Below are positions 28,672 to 38,914 of a stretch of 64,000 bases of DNA, in pieces. Made by a program: the position numbers and the translations under genes. The notes beneath the pieces are model-generated. The model did not search any database. It had not been told where the DNA came from and saw only the letters and a list, made by a program, of their open reading frames with translations. Within the stretch, counting starts at the first letter, position 1; the number at the start of each line of letters is the position of its first letter. The DNA is from Sulfurospirillum sp. (GTDB lineage: Bacteria > Campylobacterota > Campylobacteria > Campylobacterales > Sulfurospirillaceae): NCBI GenBank assembly GCA_045047115.1, contig JASFYR010000005.1, forward strand, positions 1-64,000. Direction: 5' to 3'.

Positions 28672-29784
28672 ATGAAAAAAATTACAACTATCGTAGCTAG
28701 TGCTGCTTTGATTGCCGGTATCTCTTATGCTAAAGAGATAAAAATTGGTGTGGTTCTTCCACTTACAGGTCCTATCGCGGCTTTTGGTCAAACAAGTAAG
28801 GGTGGTTTAGATATCGCTTATGCTCAAAATCATAAACTAAAAAACGGTGATACTGTAAAATTAATCGTTTTGGATGATAGAGGCGATAAAGTTGAAGCCG
28901 CTACTGCAACCAGAAGACTTATAGACAAAAACCATGTTACAGCAATTCTTGGTGAAGTAGCAAGTTCTAACTCTATGGCTATGGCACCAATCGCAGAAAA
29001 ATCAAAAACTCCTATGATAACTCATGCTTCTACAAATCCAAGAGTTACAAAAGGTAAGAAATTTGTGACCAGAGCATGTTTTATAGATCCTTTTCAAGGT
29101 GCTATCCAGGCAAACTATGCATATGACCATGGATATAAAACAGCTGTTATCGTCACAGATGCCAAGCAAGACTACTCTGTTGGGGTTTCAAAAGCATTTA
29201 AAAAAGCCTATCTAAAAAGAGGTGGAAAGATTCTTGGTAGAGTACTTATTAACTCTGGAGACAAAGATTTTAATGCACAAGTTTCAACAATCAAATCAAA
29301 AAAACCAAGTATCGTAGCTTTTACAGGTTATTATCCAGAAGGTGCTTTGATGGTAAGACAAGCTAGAGCTATGGGTGTAAAAGCACCATTTATCGGTGGT
29401 GATGGCGTTGGCTTCCCTGAGCTTATCAAGATAGGCGGTAAAGCAAGCGAGGGCTTTATGTATAGCGACCACTTTAATGAAGCAGCAGCAACTTCTCCTG
29501 AGGCAAAATCTTATGTAAAAGCATTTCATGCTAAATACCACAAGCCAGCAGACTCTATGGGAGCGCTTGCAGCAGATGGTTACAATATGATTATTGCTGC
29601 TATGAACAAGTGTGCTAATCCTGCAGATAAAATCTGTGTAAATAAAAACTTAAGAGGCACTAAAAACTTTCACGGTGTTACTGGTATCATCAATATAGAT
29701 AAAAATGGTGATGCTGTAAAATCAGGTGTTGTAAATGTTGTCAAAAATGGTAAATTTGCTTATTTAACAACAGTAAATCCATAA
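28672..29784 (+). CDS. livK: Branched-chain amino acid ABC transporter substrate-binding protein
   Basis: IKIGVVLPLTG, RACFIDPFQG, FHGVTG; first gene of liv operon (LivJ/K not distinguishable). Confidence 0.9.
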   Translation: MKKITTIVASAALIAGISYAKEIKIGVVLPLTGPIAAFGQTSKGGLDIAYAQNHKLKNGDTVKLIVLDDRGDKVEAATATRRLIDKNHVTAILGEVASSNSMAMAPIAEKSKTPMITHASTNPRVTKGKKFVTRACFIDPFQGAIQANYAYDHGYKTAVIVTDAKQDYSVGVSKAFKKAYLKRGGKILGRVLINSGDKDFNAQVSTIKSKKPSIVAFTGYYPEGALMVRQARAMGVKAPFIGGDGVGFPELIKIGGKASEGFMYSDHFNEAAATSPEAKSYVKAFHAKYHKPADSMGALAADGYNMIIAAMNKCANPADKICVNKNLRGTKNFHGVTGIINIDKNGDAVKSGVVNVVKNGKFAYLTTVNP

Positions 29785-29792
29785 ATTATACT

Positions 29793-29822
29793 ATCAAATA
29801 GAGGATATATCCTCTATTTGAT
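29793..29822. repeat. Perfect 30-bp palindrome after the binding-protein gene (mRNA-stabilising/attenuating hairpin)
   Basis: ATCAAATAGAGGATATATCCTCTATTTGAT equals its reverse complement. Confidence 0.85.
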
Positions 29823-29859
29823 TCTTCAAATTCTTCAAAAAAATATAGGGGCTTCCTAA

Positions 29860-30753
29860 ATGGATATTTCAACTTTTATGCAACAGATGATCAACGGCAT
29901 CAGTCTAGGCTCGATGTACGCATTGATTGCTATTGGTTACACCTTGGTATATGGGGTACTAAGGCTCATCAACTTTGCTCACGGCGACATTATGATGGTC
30001 GGAGCTTTTATCGCTTATTTAGCGCACTCTTCGGGTGTTCCTTTTGAATTAGCTGTTATATTAGCCATAATTGGTGCTATGGTAACAGGTATTTTAACAG
30101 ACAAAATTGCATACAAACCTTTGAGAAATGCGCCAAAAATTTCACTTTTGATTACTGCTATCGGTATCAGTTTCTTTTTGGAAAATCTTTTCAATGTCTT
30201 GTTCGGCGGTGTGCCTAGAGCATTTTCTGCACCGGATTATCTGACAAAAATTTTGCATTTTAAAGGTATAGTTATACCGGTAACAGTTATCATAATTCCA
30301 GCTGTTACTTTGGTTTTGCTTTTTATCATGTTGTGGATACTGAACAAAACAAAATACGGCATGGCAATCCGCTCACTTGCCTTTGATATACCAACTGTAA
30401 AACTTATGGGAATTAATGCAGATTTTATCATAATGCTTGTTTTTGCTATGGGCTCCGCTCTTGCTGCCATAGGTGGTATATTTTATGCTATAAGTTATCC
30501 TTCTATCGATCCATTGATGGGTATTATCGTCGGTCTGAAAGCATTTGCTGCAGCAGTTTTGGGTGGAATAGGCAGTGTGACAGGTGCAGTTCTGGGTGGA
30601 TTTATACTTGGTTTTACGGAGATAGTTGTTGTGGCATTTATGCCTGAACTCGGTGGCTATAAAGATGCGTTTGCTTTTGTTTTCTTGATACTGGTCTTGT
30701 TGTTCAAACCAACAGGTATCATGGGCCAAGATTTAGAACGCAGTAGATTTTAG
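29860..30753 (+). CDS. livH: BCAA ABC transporter permease
   Basis: GSMYALIAIGYTLVYG..INFAHG; VLGGIGS. Confidence 0.94.
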   Translation: MDISTFMQQMINGISLGSMYALIAIGYTLVYGVLRLINFAHGDIMMVGAFIAYLAHSSGVPFELAVILAIIGAMVTGILTDKIAYKPLRNAPKISLLITAIGISFFLENLFNVLFGGVPRAFSAPDYLTKILHFKGIVIPVTVIIIPAVTLVLLFIMLWILNKTKYGMAIRSLAFDIPTVKLMGINADFIIMLVFAMGSALAAIGGIFYAISYPSIDPLMGIIVGLKAFAAAVLGGIGSVTGAVLGGFILGFTEIVVVAFMPELGGYKDAFAFVFLILVLLFKPTGIMGQDLERSRF

Positions 30754-30766
30754 GAGGAGCATAGAT

Positions 30767-31771
30767 ATGAAAGCGATAAAATTATCATTTTTGGCAGTAG
30801 CCATAATTTTTGTATGGTTTGCTCAAAACCACTTTGATCCTTATGCGGTTAGTATATTGAACAATATAGCGATTTTTGCTATTCTTGCTCTTAGTTATAA
30901 CCTTATAAATGGTGTTGCCGGACAGTTCTCGCTTGAGCCAAACGGTTTTGTGGCCATAGGCGCTTATGTTACAGCTTTGTTTTTGATTCCTGCAGAGACT
31001 AAATTAGATATGTTTGCTCTAGAGGACCCTTCGTCTATAGTCTTGGCAATGCATGCCTCTTTCTTGCCGGCTTTGATTATGAGTGGGGTTGTAGCATCAA
31101 TTTTAGCCTTTATACTCTCTATACCTGTTTTTAGGGTAAGAGGTGATTATCTAGCGATTGTTACACTTGGATTTGGCTTTATCATAAGAATTTATGCTAT
31201 GAATCAACCAACTATGACAAACGGAGCTTTGGGACTAAACGATATACCGAGCAATTCAAATCTGTACTGGACAGGTTTTATAATGATAGTTACTTTTGTG
31301 ATTATGTTAAATATCATTTACTCGAAATACGGCAGAGCAATGAAGGCAGTAAGAGACGATGAAGATGCGGCAATTGCCATGGGTATAAATACATTTTGGA
31401 TAAAAACTTATGCTTTTATGACAAGTGCATTTTTTGAAGGAGTTGGAGGCGGTCTTATGGCTTCCATGCTTACTACTATCGCACCTGATCAGTTTACATT
31501 CTTGCTTACATTTCAACTCCTTATCATTATAGTGCTAGGCGGACTAGGCTCTATGAGCGGAACAATTCTTGGAGCAATTCTAGTGATGGGTGGAACAGAA
31601 TGGTTGAGATTTTTAGATCAGAATATGGATATATTTGGTTATAACACGGGAGCTCATCCTGGCTTGAGAATGGTCGTCTTCTCTATCCTTCTGATTGTGC
31701 TTATGCTTTTTGCAAGAAGAGGACTCTTTGGCAATAAAGAGTTGGTAGATATATTTAGGAGGAACAAATAA
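30767..31771 (+). CDS. livM: BCAA ABC transporter permease
   Basis: NLINGVAGQFSL, RGDYLAIVTLGF, AVRDDEDAA. Confidence 0.94.
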   Translation: MKAIKLSFLAVAIIFVWFAQNHFDPYAVSILNNIAIFAILALSYNLINGVAGQFSLEPNGFVAIGAYVTALFLIPAETKLDMFALEDPSSIVLAMHASFLPALIMSGVVASILAFILSIPVFRVRGDYLAIVTLGFGFIIRIYAMNQPTMTNGALGLNDIPSNSNLYWTGFIMIVTFVIMLNIIYSKYGRAMKAVRDDEDAAIAMGINTFWIKTYAFMTSAFFEGVGGGLMASMLTTIAPDQFTFLLTFQLLIIIVLGGLGSMSGTILGAILVMGGTEWLRFLDQNMDIFGYNTGAHPGLRMVVFSILLIVLMLFARRGLFGNKELVDIFRRNK

Positions 31772-32538
31772 TGGTATTGGAACTCCAAGATATAACTATG
31801 CAATTTGGTGGTGTAACAGCGATTGACAACTTGAATTTCGGTGTTGAGACTGGAGAGATATATGGACTTATAGGGCCAAACGGAGCCGGAAAAACAACCT
31901 TGTTTAATATAGTAACGGGTAACTATACTCAAACAAGAGGAAAAGTTATGTTTAACCATGAAGAGTTAAGTGGACTGAAACCAAATATGATAGTTCAGCG
32001 AGGGATAGCAAGAACTTTTCAAAATATTAGACTTTTTAAGAGTATGAGTGTATTGGATAATGTTTTGATAGGATTTCATAATCAGGCAAATTATACCTAT
32101 TTTGAATCAATCCTTAGATTACCAAGATATTTCCTGTATGAAAAAAAGTTAAAAAGTGATGCTATGGATATACTGGAGAGATTCGGAATAGCAAAATATG
32201 CGCAAACAAATGCTGCTTCTTTGAGTTATGGAAATCAAAGAAAAGTAGAAATCGCTAGAGCTTTGGCAACAAAACCAAAACTTCTGTTGCTTGATGAGCC
32301 TGCAGCCGGTATGAACCCAAACGAGACAGAAGATCTTTCCCAAATCATACTAAATATCAAAAATGAGTATGGCTTGACTATCTTGCTGATAGAACATGAT
32401 ATGAAGTTTGTCAATAATATGTGTGACAAAGTTTTGGTGTTGGATTATGGTGAAGAGATATTTGAGGGGAAACCAAGCGACGCGATAATTGATGAAAAGG
32501 TTGTAGCTGCATATTTGGGAGATTTTAAACATGCTTAA
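31771..32538 (+). CDS. livG: BCAA ABC transporter ATPase
   Basis: GPNGAGKT, RTFQNIRLF, LSYG, LLLDEP. Confidence 0.94.
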   Translation: MVLELQDITMQFGGVTAIDNLNFGVETGEIYGLIGPNGAGKTTLFNIVTGNYTQTRGKVMFNHEELSGLKPNMIVQRGIARTFQNIRLFKSMSVLDNVLIGFHNQANYTYFESILRLPRYFLYEKKLKSDAMDILERFGIAKYAQTNAASLSYGNQRKVEIARALATKPKLLLLDEPAAGMNPNETEDLSQIILNIKNEYGLTILLIEHDMKFVNNMCDKVLVLDYGEEIFEGKPSDAIIDEKVVAAYLGDFKHA

Positions 32539-33226
32539 AGTTAAAAATTTAGAAGTGTATTATGGGGTAATTGCAGCTGTAAGAGGTATAGATTTTAATG
32601 TAAAAGACGGAGAAATTATTTCACTTATAGGCTCAAACGGTGCCGGCAAAACATCTACTCTGCAGGCTTTGTTAAACAGCATAAAGAGAAAAGGTGAAAT
32701 TGTTTTTGGTGGATTTGACACAAAAAATCACAAAACACATACTTTAGTGCAAAAAGGATTGGCACTTGTTCCTGAAGGCAGAAGAGTTTTTATCAATCTA
32801 AGTGTTGAAGAAAATCTTCGTATGGGTGCTTTTAACAATGACGAAAATTATGAACATCTCAAAGATGAGATGTATAAGCTTTTCCCAAGAATTGAGCAGA
32901 AAAAAAATCAAATGGCAGGAACACTGAGTGGTGGCGAGCAACAGATGCTAGCGATTGCAAGAGCACTGATGAGTGAGCCAAAACTTTTGATGTTGGATGA
33001 GCCAAGTTTGGGTCTTGCGCCAAAGATTGTAGGAGAAGTTTTTGAGACAATTACACGACTTAGAGACGAGGGGATAACAATTCTTTTGGTAGAGCAAAAT
33101 GCCTATGCTGCTTTAAATATTTCAGACCGTGCCTATGTTCTTGAAAATGGTGAAATAGCGATGAGCGGTAACGCAAAAGATCTGATTGGTGACGATACAA
33201 TAAGACAAAAATATTTAGGCGGTTAA
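32531..33226 (+). CDS. livF: BCAA ABC transporter ATPase
   Basis: GSNGAGKT, VPEGR, LSGGEQQ, DEPSLGL. Confidence 0.94.
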   Translation: MLKVKNLEVYYGVIAAVRGIDFNVKDGEIISLIGSNGAGKTSTLQALLNSIKRKGEIVFGGFDTKNHKTHTLVQKGLALVPEGRRVFINLSVEENLRMGAFNNDENYEHLKDEMYKLFPRIEQKKNQMAGTLSGGEQQMLAIARALMSEPKLLMLDEPSLGLAPKIVGEVFETITRLRDEGITILLVEQNAYAALNISDRAYVLENGEIAMSGNAKDLIGDDTIRQKYLGG

Positions 33227-33285
33227 TTAATTTAATATTTACTTTCATTTGATAAAATCCTCTATATTTCAATATAGGGGATTTT

Positions 33286-36200
33286 ATGCGTAAACTTTTT
33301 AAAACACTGCTTTCAATGAAAATGGTAGTTCTTCTTCTCTTTTTGTTTGCGGTTGCCAGTGGTGTTGCAACATTTATAGAAAATGATTTCGGTACTGAAG
33401 CCGCTTGGGCAACAGTATATACATCCTGGTGGTTTGAGGCGATTCAGATCGCTTTGGGAATTTTGCTGATATATAATATCTACAAATACAAAATGTATAA
33501 AAAAGATAAACTCCCTGCTTTTATGTTTCATTTAGGTTTCATCTTTATATTGTTAGGATCTGGAATAACCAGATATATGGGTTTTGAAGGTATCTTGCAT
33601 ATAAGAAATGGTGATACTGAAAATAGAATGATTTCAAGTGATTCTTATATCACGGTAAGTGCTGTTAAAAATGGCAAAAAATACCAGGTTGATCTTAAAA
33701 AACTACTTTCAAGTGTAGGTGATAATAAGTTTGATATTAAGCTAAATGTTGATGGAGACACAGCAGATATAAAATTTAAAGAGTTTGTGCCAAATGCAGT
33801 AACAAAACTTGTAAGCGTACCAAATGGAAAACCTGCTATCACAATGTTGGTTAGTGCGAGTGGCAGTCCTGAAAATATAACTCTTAAACAAGGACAGGTC
33901 TATATGGCCGGAGACAATATTGTCGCTTTTGACACCCCTGTGGCAGCGACTGATAAAAATATTGTAAGTATAAAAGTCAAAGATGGGAAATTTTATATTC
34001 ATTCCCAAAAGCCAATCGGCTGGTTTAAGATGATTGCAAACAAAAAAGGTAAATTTGAGGCAAATAAGGAGTATAAATTTACCACGGGAAGACTCTATAC
34101 TATAGGAAAAGTAAATATAGCTCCAAGACAGATGCTATTAAGCGCAAAAGAGAAAATTGTTAGCGAAACAAACCCTTTGTTTAAGGGAAGACGCGGTATG
34201 AAACTCTCTGCTGTAATTGTGGATGTAAACTACAAGGGTAAAACAAAAGAGATAGCAATGTTTGGTAGAGGTAAAGGCTCAAAAGGTTTCACAAAAAAAG
34301 CCATCATAGCCGGCACACCTTTTGGGTTTGAATGGGGAAGCAAGATAGTAAGATTGCCTTTTGCAATTAAACTCATAGAGTTTCAATTAGATCGCTATCC
34401 GGGTTCTATGTCACCTATGTCATATGCAAGCGAGGTTGAAGTTATAGATAAAGCAAAAGGTGTAAAGATGCCATTTAGGATATATATGAATCATATATTA
34501 AGTTACGCAGGTTATAGATTTTACCAATCCTCTTACGACCAGGATGAGTTGGGTACAATACTCTCAGTAAATAAAGATCCAGGAAAATGGCCTACATATT
34601 TAGGATACTTCTTGCTTGGATTGGGTCTGTTCCTAAATATACTGAATCCAAAAAGTAGATTTAGAAAGTTAGCTCATATGATACAAAGAGATATGGATAA
34701 AACAAAATCCGTACTTTTAGCATTTTTCCTCTCTTTTAGTCTGCTTCAGGCACTTCCTGCAAATGCAGATGCAACATTTAATTTTCTTAAAAAGTACGAT
34801 AAAGCAAGCGCGGAAAATTTTGGGACGATTTTAGTCCAAAGTGCAGATGGCAGAATTATGCCAATAGACACAGTTTCGGAAAACTTTTTAAATAAAGTCT
34901 ATCGGAGTTCATCTTATAAGGGATTGACGCCAAATCAGGTGACTCTTGGCATGATGGCATCACCAAAAGAGTGGCAAACTCAAAAAATTATAAAAGTTTA
35001 TCATCCTAGAATCAAAAAAATCATTGGAATGAAGCCAAATGAAAAGTACGCCAGTTTTAACCAGTTTTTTGGTAAAAATAAAACAAGCTCAGGTTATAAA
35101 TTAAATAAATATGCAGAGGCAGCAAGCAGGAAAAAACCATCAGATAGAAATAAATTTGACAAAGATATCCTAAAAGTGGATGAGAGATTAAATATCTGCT
35201 ATATGGTATATACCGGTGAAATTTTTAAAATGATACCCAAAGTAAATGATCCAACTCATAAGTGGTATGGTCCTGAACAGGCTATTAGGACATTTCCGGC
35301 AAACGAGGTAAAAGAGATCAGAAAGGTTTTAACAAACTATTTTGATGGCATACAACAAGGATTAACCAGCGGAGACTGGAGTAGAGCTGACAACGCGATA
35401 GAAGGCATAAAAAAGTATCAAGAGCAGTATGCCTCAGCGATTATACCTAATCCCAGCAGAGTAAAAGCCGAGATATTTTTTAATAAAGCCAAGATTTTTC
35501 AAAGGCTTATGCCTGTATACCTCTTTAGTGGTTTGATTTTACTGCTGTTTATATTTGCAAAAATGGCAAAACCATCACTAAATATCAAATGGATAACAAA
35601 GACAATTTTCTGGATAAATGTGGTAGCTTTTGGGTTTCATACCGGAGGACTTGGAATGAGATGGTTTATTGCTCAGCATGCACCTTGGAGCGATGGCTAT
35701 GAATCGATGATTTATATAGCTTGGGCGATAGTGCTTTCGGGTTTGATTTTCTCAAGACAGGCAATTATATCTTTGGCCTTGACATCTATACTAGCAGGAG
35801 TTACACTTTTCGTTGCCCATCTTAGTTGGATGGATCCTCAGATGACGACTCTTGTACCTGTTCTAAAATCTTATTGGCTAAATATACATGTTTCAGTTAT
35901 TACGGCTAGTTACGGATTTTTAGGACTCTGTTCTTTATTGGGATTTTTTACATTATTATTGTTTATCATTAGAAAACCAGGCTCTACAACCAAAAGATCT
36001 AAAGAGATTGATAGAAGCATCATAGAAGCTACAAGAATTAATGAAATGGCTATGATATTGGGTCTTAGTCTGCTTACAATCGGAAACTTTTTAGGTGGAG
36101 TGTGGGCAAATGAAAGCTGGGGAAGATATTGGGGATGGGATCCAAAAGAGACTTGGGCTCTAGTGTCAATTTTAGTTTTTGCAGCTATCGTACACTTTAG

Positions 36201-36429
36201 GCTTGTGCCAAAATTAAATTCTATATTTGCTTTTGCTGTTGCATCTACTTTAGCATATTCATCAATCATAATGACATATTTTGGTGTTAACTTTTACCTC
36301 TCAGGTATGCACTCATATGCGACAGGTGATCCTGTACCGATTCCTACATTTGTTTACTATACTGTAGCTACCGTTTTTATCGTTATAGCTTTGGCATTTA
36401 GGAACAGAAAGATGGATAAGAAACTCTAA
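33286..36429 (+). CDS. ccsBA: System II cytochrome c synthase, fused CcsB-CcsA
   Basis: ResB-like N-half, WWD domain WANESWGRYWGWDPKETW, conserved His (FHLG, IHVS, VHF, GMHSY). Confidence 0.94.
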   Translation: MRKLFKTLLSMKMVVLLLFLFAVASGVATFIENDFGTEAAWATVYTSWWFEAIQIALGILLIYNIYKYKMYKKDKLPAFMFHLGFIFILLGSGITRYMGFEGILHIRNGDTENRMISSDSYITVSAVKNGKKYQVDLKKLLSSVGDNKFDIKLNVDGDTADIKFKEFVPNAVTKLVSVPNGKPAITMLVSASGSPENITLKQGQVYMAGDNIVAFDTPVAATDKNIVSIKVKDGKFYIHSQKPIGWFKMIANKKGKFEANKEYKFTTGRLYTIGKVNIAPRQMLLSAKEKIVSETNPLFKGRRGMKLSAVIVDVNYKGKTKEIAMFGRGKGSKGFTKKAIIAGTPFGFEWGSKIVRLPFAIKLIEFQLDRYPGSMSPMSYASEVEVIDKAKGVKMPFRIYMNHILSYAGYRFYQSSYDQDELGTILSVNKDPGKWPTYLGYFLLGLGLFLNILNPKSRFRKLAHMIQRDMDKTKSVLLAFFLSFSLLQALPANADATFNFLKKYDKASAENFGTILVQSADGRIMPIDTVSENFLNKVYRSSSYKGLTPNQVTLGMMASPKEWQTQKIIKVYHPRIKKIIGMKPNEKYASFNQFFGKNKTSSGYKLNKYAEAASRKKPSDRNKFDKDILKVDERLNICYMVYTGEIFKMIPKVNDPTHKWYGPEQAIRTFPANEVKEIRKVLTNYFDGIQQGLTSGDWSRADNAIEGIKKYQEQYASAIIPNPSRVKAEIFFNKAKIFQRLMPVYLFSGLILLLFIFAKMAKPSLNIKWITKTIFWINVVAFGFHTGGLGMRWFIAQHAPWSDGYESMIYIAWAIVLSGLIFSRQAIISLALTSILAGVTLFVAHLSWMDPQMTTLVPVLKSYWLNIHVSVITASYGFLGLCSLLGFFTLLLFIIRKPGSTTKRSKEIDRSIIEATRINEMAMILGLSLLTIGNFLGGVWANESWGRYWGWDPKETWALVSILVFAAIVHFRLVPKLNSIFAFAVASTLAYSSIIMTYFGVNFYLSGMHSYATGDPVPIPTFVYYTVATVFIVIALAFRNRKMDKKL

Positions 36430-36435
36430 AATAAC

Positions 36436-36474
36436 AACAAAAACTTCTAAGTAAAATACTTAGAAGTTTTTGTT
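36436..36474 (+). terminator. 18-bp stem hairpin after ccsBA
   Basis: AACAAAAACTTCTAAGTA-AAA-TACTTAGAAGTTTTTGTT. Confidence 0.75.
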
Positions 36475-36484
36475 ATAATACGCT

Positions 36485-36928
36485 ATGAGTGAAAAATATA
36501 TACTGATTTCCATAGTAGTAGCTATAATTGTCATCATTTTTATAGTGCTTTTGTTGATTGTTAAAAACAACAATGAAAAAGTTGTAATTGTAAAAAAAAC
36601 TATAAAAAAAATTCAAAAAAAGAAAAAAGTAACAATCAAAGATATGACAGAATTAGCGGCAAGAAAAAATGCATCTTGCGATGATTTGAAAAAAGCCATA
36701 GATATAGTTAAGAAAGATCTTGTCTTTCCGAAAAAAATCAAATATAAACTACCAAAAGATATAAAAGTATACCTCAACTTTGTTTTGCTTGTAGCTAGCC
36801 ATAAAAATGCAGATGCAAAATTGATAGCATATATGGATAGAGAATTAAAAAAATCAAATCCGGGATATACTACAGAAATCGATATATACGAAAACGAAGG
36901 ATTAAAAGAGAGAGGACATAGAATTTAA
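36485..36928 (+). CDS. Membrane-anchored hypothetical protein
   Basis: N-terminal TM, basic linker; TGtTATAAT immediately upstream. Confidence 0.75.
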   Translation: MSEKYILISIVVAIIVIIFIVLLLIVKNNNEKVVIVKKTIKKIQKKKKVTIKDMTELAARKNASCDDLKKAIDIVKKDLVFPKKIKYKLPKDIKVYLNFVLLVASHKNADAKLIAYMDRELKKSNPGYTTEIDIYENEGLKERGHRI

Positions 36929-36955
36929 TTGATCCACTATGTGAATAGTAAATTA

Positions 36956-37031
36956 TGGCGACCCCAAGGGGATTTGAACCCCTGTTACCGCCTTGAGAGG
37001 GCGGGGTCCTAGACCACTAGACGATGGGGTC
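36956..37031 (-). tRNA. tRNA-Glu (CTC)
   Basis: Cloverleaf, anticodon arm CCGCC-CT-CTC-AA-GGCGG, encoded CCA. Confidence 0.95.
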
Positions 37032-37041
37032 GCACAAAAAA

Positions 37042-37117
37042 TGGTGACCCGTGTTGGATTCGAACCAACGGCCACCTCCTTAAAAGGGAGATGCTCTACC
37101 GGCTGAGCTAACGAGTC
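37042..37117 (-). tRNA. tRNA-Lys (TTT)
   Basis: Cloverleaf, anticodon loop CT-TTT-AA, CCA. Confidence 0.95.
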
Positions 37118-37184
37118 AAATAAACAATCTCTAATATCATAAAATTTAATTTTAAAAATGATTTAAGAAGAGAATTATAAAAAA

Positions 37185-37261
37185 TGGCGCGGCGGACGAG
37201 ACTCGAACTCGCGACCCTCGGCGTGACAGGCCGATATTCTAACCAACTAAACTACCGCCGC
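37185..37261 (-). tRNA. tRNA-Asp (GTC)
   Basis: Cloverleaf, TCGGC-CT-GTC-AC-GCCGA, CCA. Confidence 0.95.
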
Positions 37262-37302
37262 AACCTAAAGGTATCTAAAAGTTTAGATACAGTGTCACTA
37301 AA

Positions 37303-37378
37303 TGGTGGTCGTTAGAAGACTCGAACTTCTGACATCCACCTTGTAAGGGTGGCGCTCTACCAACTGAGCTAAACGACC
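37303..37378 (-). tRNA. tRNA-Val (TAC)
   Basis: Cloverleaf, CCACC-CT-TAC-AA-GGTGG, CCA. Confidence 0.95.
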
Positions 37379-37421
37379 GATTAATAATGAAAAATTTGTG
37401 TCCAGGTACTCAAAAATATTA

Positions 37422-37497
37422 TGGCGACCCCAAGGGGATTTGAACCCCTGTTACCGCCGTGAAAGGGCGGGGTCCTGGACCACTAGACGATGGGGTC
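37422..37497 (-). tRNA. tRNA-Glu (TTC)
   Basis: Cloverleaf, CCGCC-CT-TTC-AC-GGCGG, CCA. Confidence 0.95.
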
Positions 37498-37506
37498 GCA
37501 CAAAAA

Positions 37507-37582
37507 TGGTGACCCGTGTTGGATTCGAACCAACGGCCACCTCCTTAAAAGGGAGATGCTCTACCGGCTGAGCTAACGAGTC
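37507..37582 (-). tRNA. tRNA-Lys (TTT)
   Basis: Identical to 37042-37117. Confidence 0.95.
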
Positions 37583-37637
37583 AAATAAACAATAAAATTA
37601 TACTCACTTAAAGTGTCACCTTTGCAATGAGGATGAA

Positions 37638-37666
37638 ATTATAGAGAAAAATCATATATTTGTCAA
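37638..37666 (-). promoter_or_regulatory. Consensus sigma70 promoter of tRNA operon
   Basis: Minus strand TTGACA (37666-37661), 17 nt, TATAAT (37643-37638). Confidence 0.85.
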
Positions 37667-37694
37667 GAGATATTTTGCAAAAAATGTTTTTTTT

Positions 37695-38786
37695 CTAAAA
37701 AAATGTTTTTTTATCTGATTCCAGGAGTAGTTTAAAGGCATGATAAGCACTTTGTTTTTGTATATAGTGTCTATCACCCTTAAGCAACAACCTTTGGATT
37801 TTTGCATTGTTATTTTTTGATTTAACCCCTACAAAAACGGTTCCTACCGGTTTTTCATCGCTCCCCCCACCAGGTCCTGCTATGCCACTTGTGGCCAGTG
37901 CAAAATCTGCACCACTTGCACAAAGTATACCTTCTAGCATCTCTTGCACGCAGTTTTCACTTACCGCTCCATATTTTTCTAGAGTCTCTTTACTTACTCC
38001 AACCCATGACTCTTTTATCTGATTTGCATAGCTGACTATGCCCCCGTCAAACACAGAAGATGAGCCGGCAATCTTTGTAATCATAGAGCAGATAAGCCCA
38101 CCGGTACAGCTTTCAACTGCAGTTATTTTTTTACCGTTTTTCTCTATTCTTCTAATGATGTACTCTATGGTATCAGCATTGTCAATAAATTTATCACTAA
38201 ACAAATTTTTTAATGCTTTTATAAAATTATCCAAATTACCATATTTGAAACTTGAAGCATTGATTTCTATCCAGCCATCAATGACAGCAGTAGCTTCAAT
38301 TTTTATTTCATAAGTGGAGCATATAGGCTCAATCAGTAGTTTTGCCGAATCTATATCTATGTTTATGATTGAAAAGTTTTTATAGTTTAAGTTATCTTTG
38401 ATTAGAATTTCAGGAAATTTTTCGTTTTCCCTTAGACTTAGTACATTTATGATTTTCTCATCTTTTTTTATAAGATATGAGTCTTTGGAGTACAGAATAG
38501 TTTTTGAAGGTATAAGCATATCTTCTTTCAATTCAAGCCTATCATCGTTAATGGTAGAGATAACTTTGTTGACAAAAGTAAAGGAGTGGTTTGTACAGAG
38601 TATTACAGTTTGGTCAAACTTACTGATTGTATCTTCAAGTTTTATGAAAAAATCACTGTCATTTTTATTTATAATCTGCTCGGTGTCAAAATACTCTATA
38701 TGTTTATTGAGCTCTTCTTTTGCATATGTCATATAGGGTTTGTTGTATATAAGCTCTTTACCAATAATAATTAGTGAATTTGTCAA
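37695..38786 (-). CDS. cinA: CinA family protein (C-terminal NMN deamidase/PncC domain)
   Basis: AVESCTGG, GSS, YAN, GAVSE, SGIAGPGGG..KPVGTV. Confidence 0.88.
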   Translation of the reverse strand: MTNSLIIIGKELIYNKPYMTYAKEELNKHIEYFDTEQIINKNDSDFFIKLEDTISKFDQTVILCTNHSFTFVNKVISTINDDRLELKEDMLIPSKTILYSKDSYLIKKDEKIINVLSLRENEKFPEILIKDNLNYKNFSIINIDIDSAKLLIEPICSTYEIKIEATAVIDGWIEINASSFKYGNLDNFIKALKNLFSDKFIDNADTIEYIIRRIEKNGKKITAVESCTGGLICSMITKIAGSSSVFDGGIVSYANQIKESWVGVSKETLEKYGAVSENCVQEMLEGILCASGADFALATSGIAGPGGGSDEKPVGTVFVGVKSKNNNAKIQRLLLKGDRHYIQKQSAYHAFKLLLESDKKTFF

Positions 38787-38914
38787 TTTTTACTCCTCGT
38801 CCGTTTGTGTTAAGTGCTTATTATAGCAAATAAGTGCTTCTTAAATAGAATTTAGATAAAATCGCTTAATTTTATAACTACAGATATGTAGCAAATCTAA
38901 GGAGTATAGAGATT

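Noticed and set aside
36956..37582. Long direct repeat as mobile-element att sites
   Set aside because: Both copies are full tRNA genes and the interior holds only tRNA-Val and tRNA-Asp.
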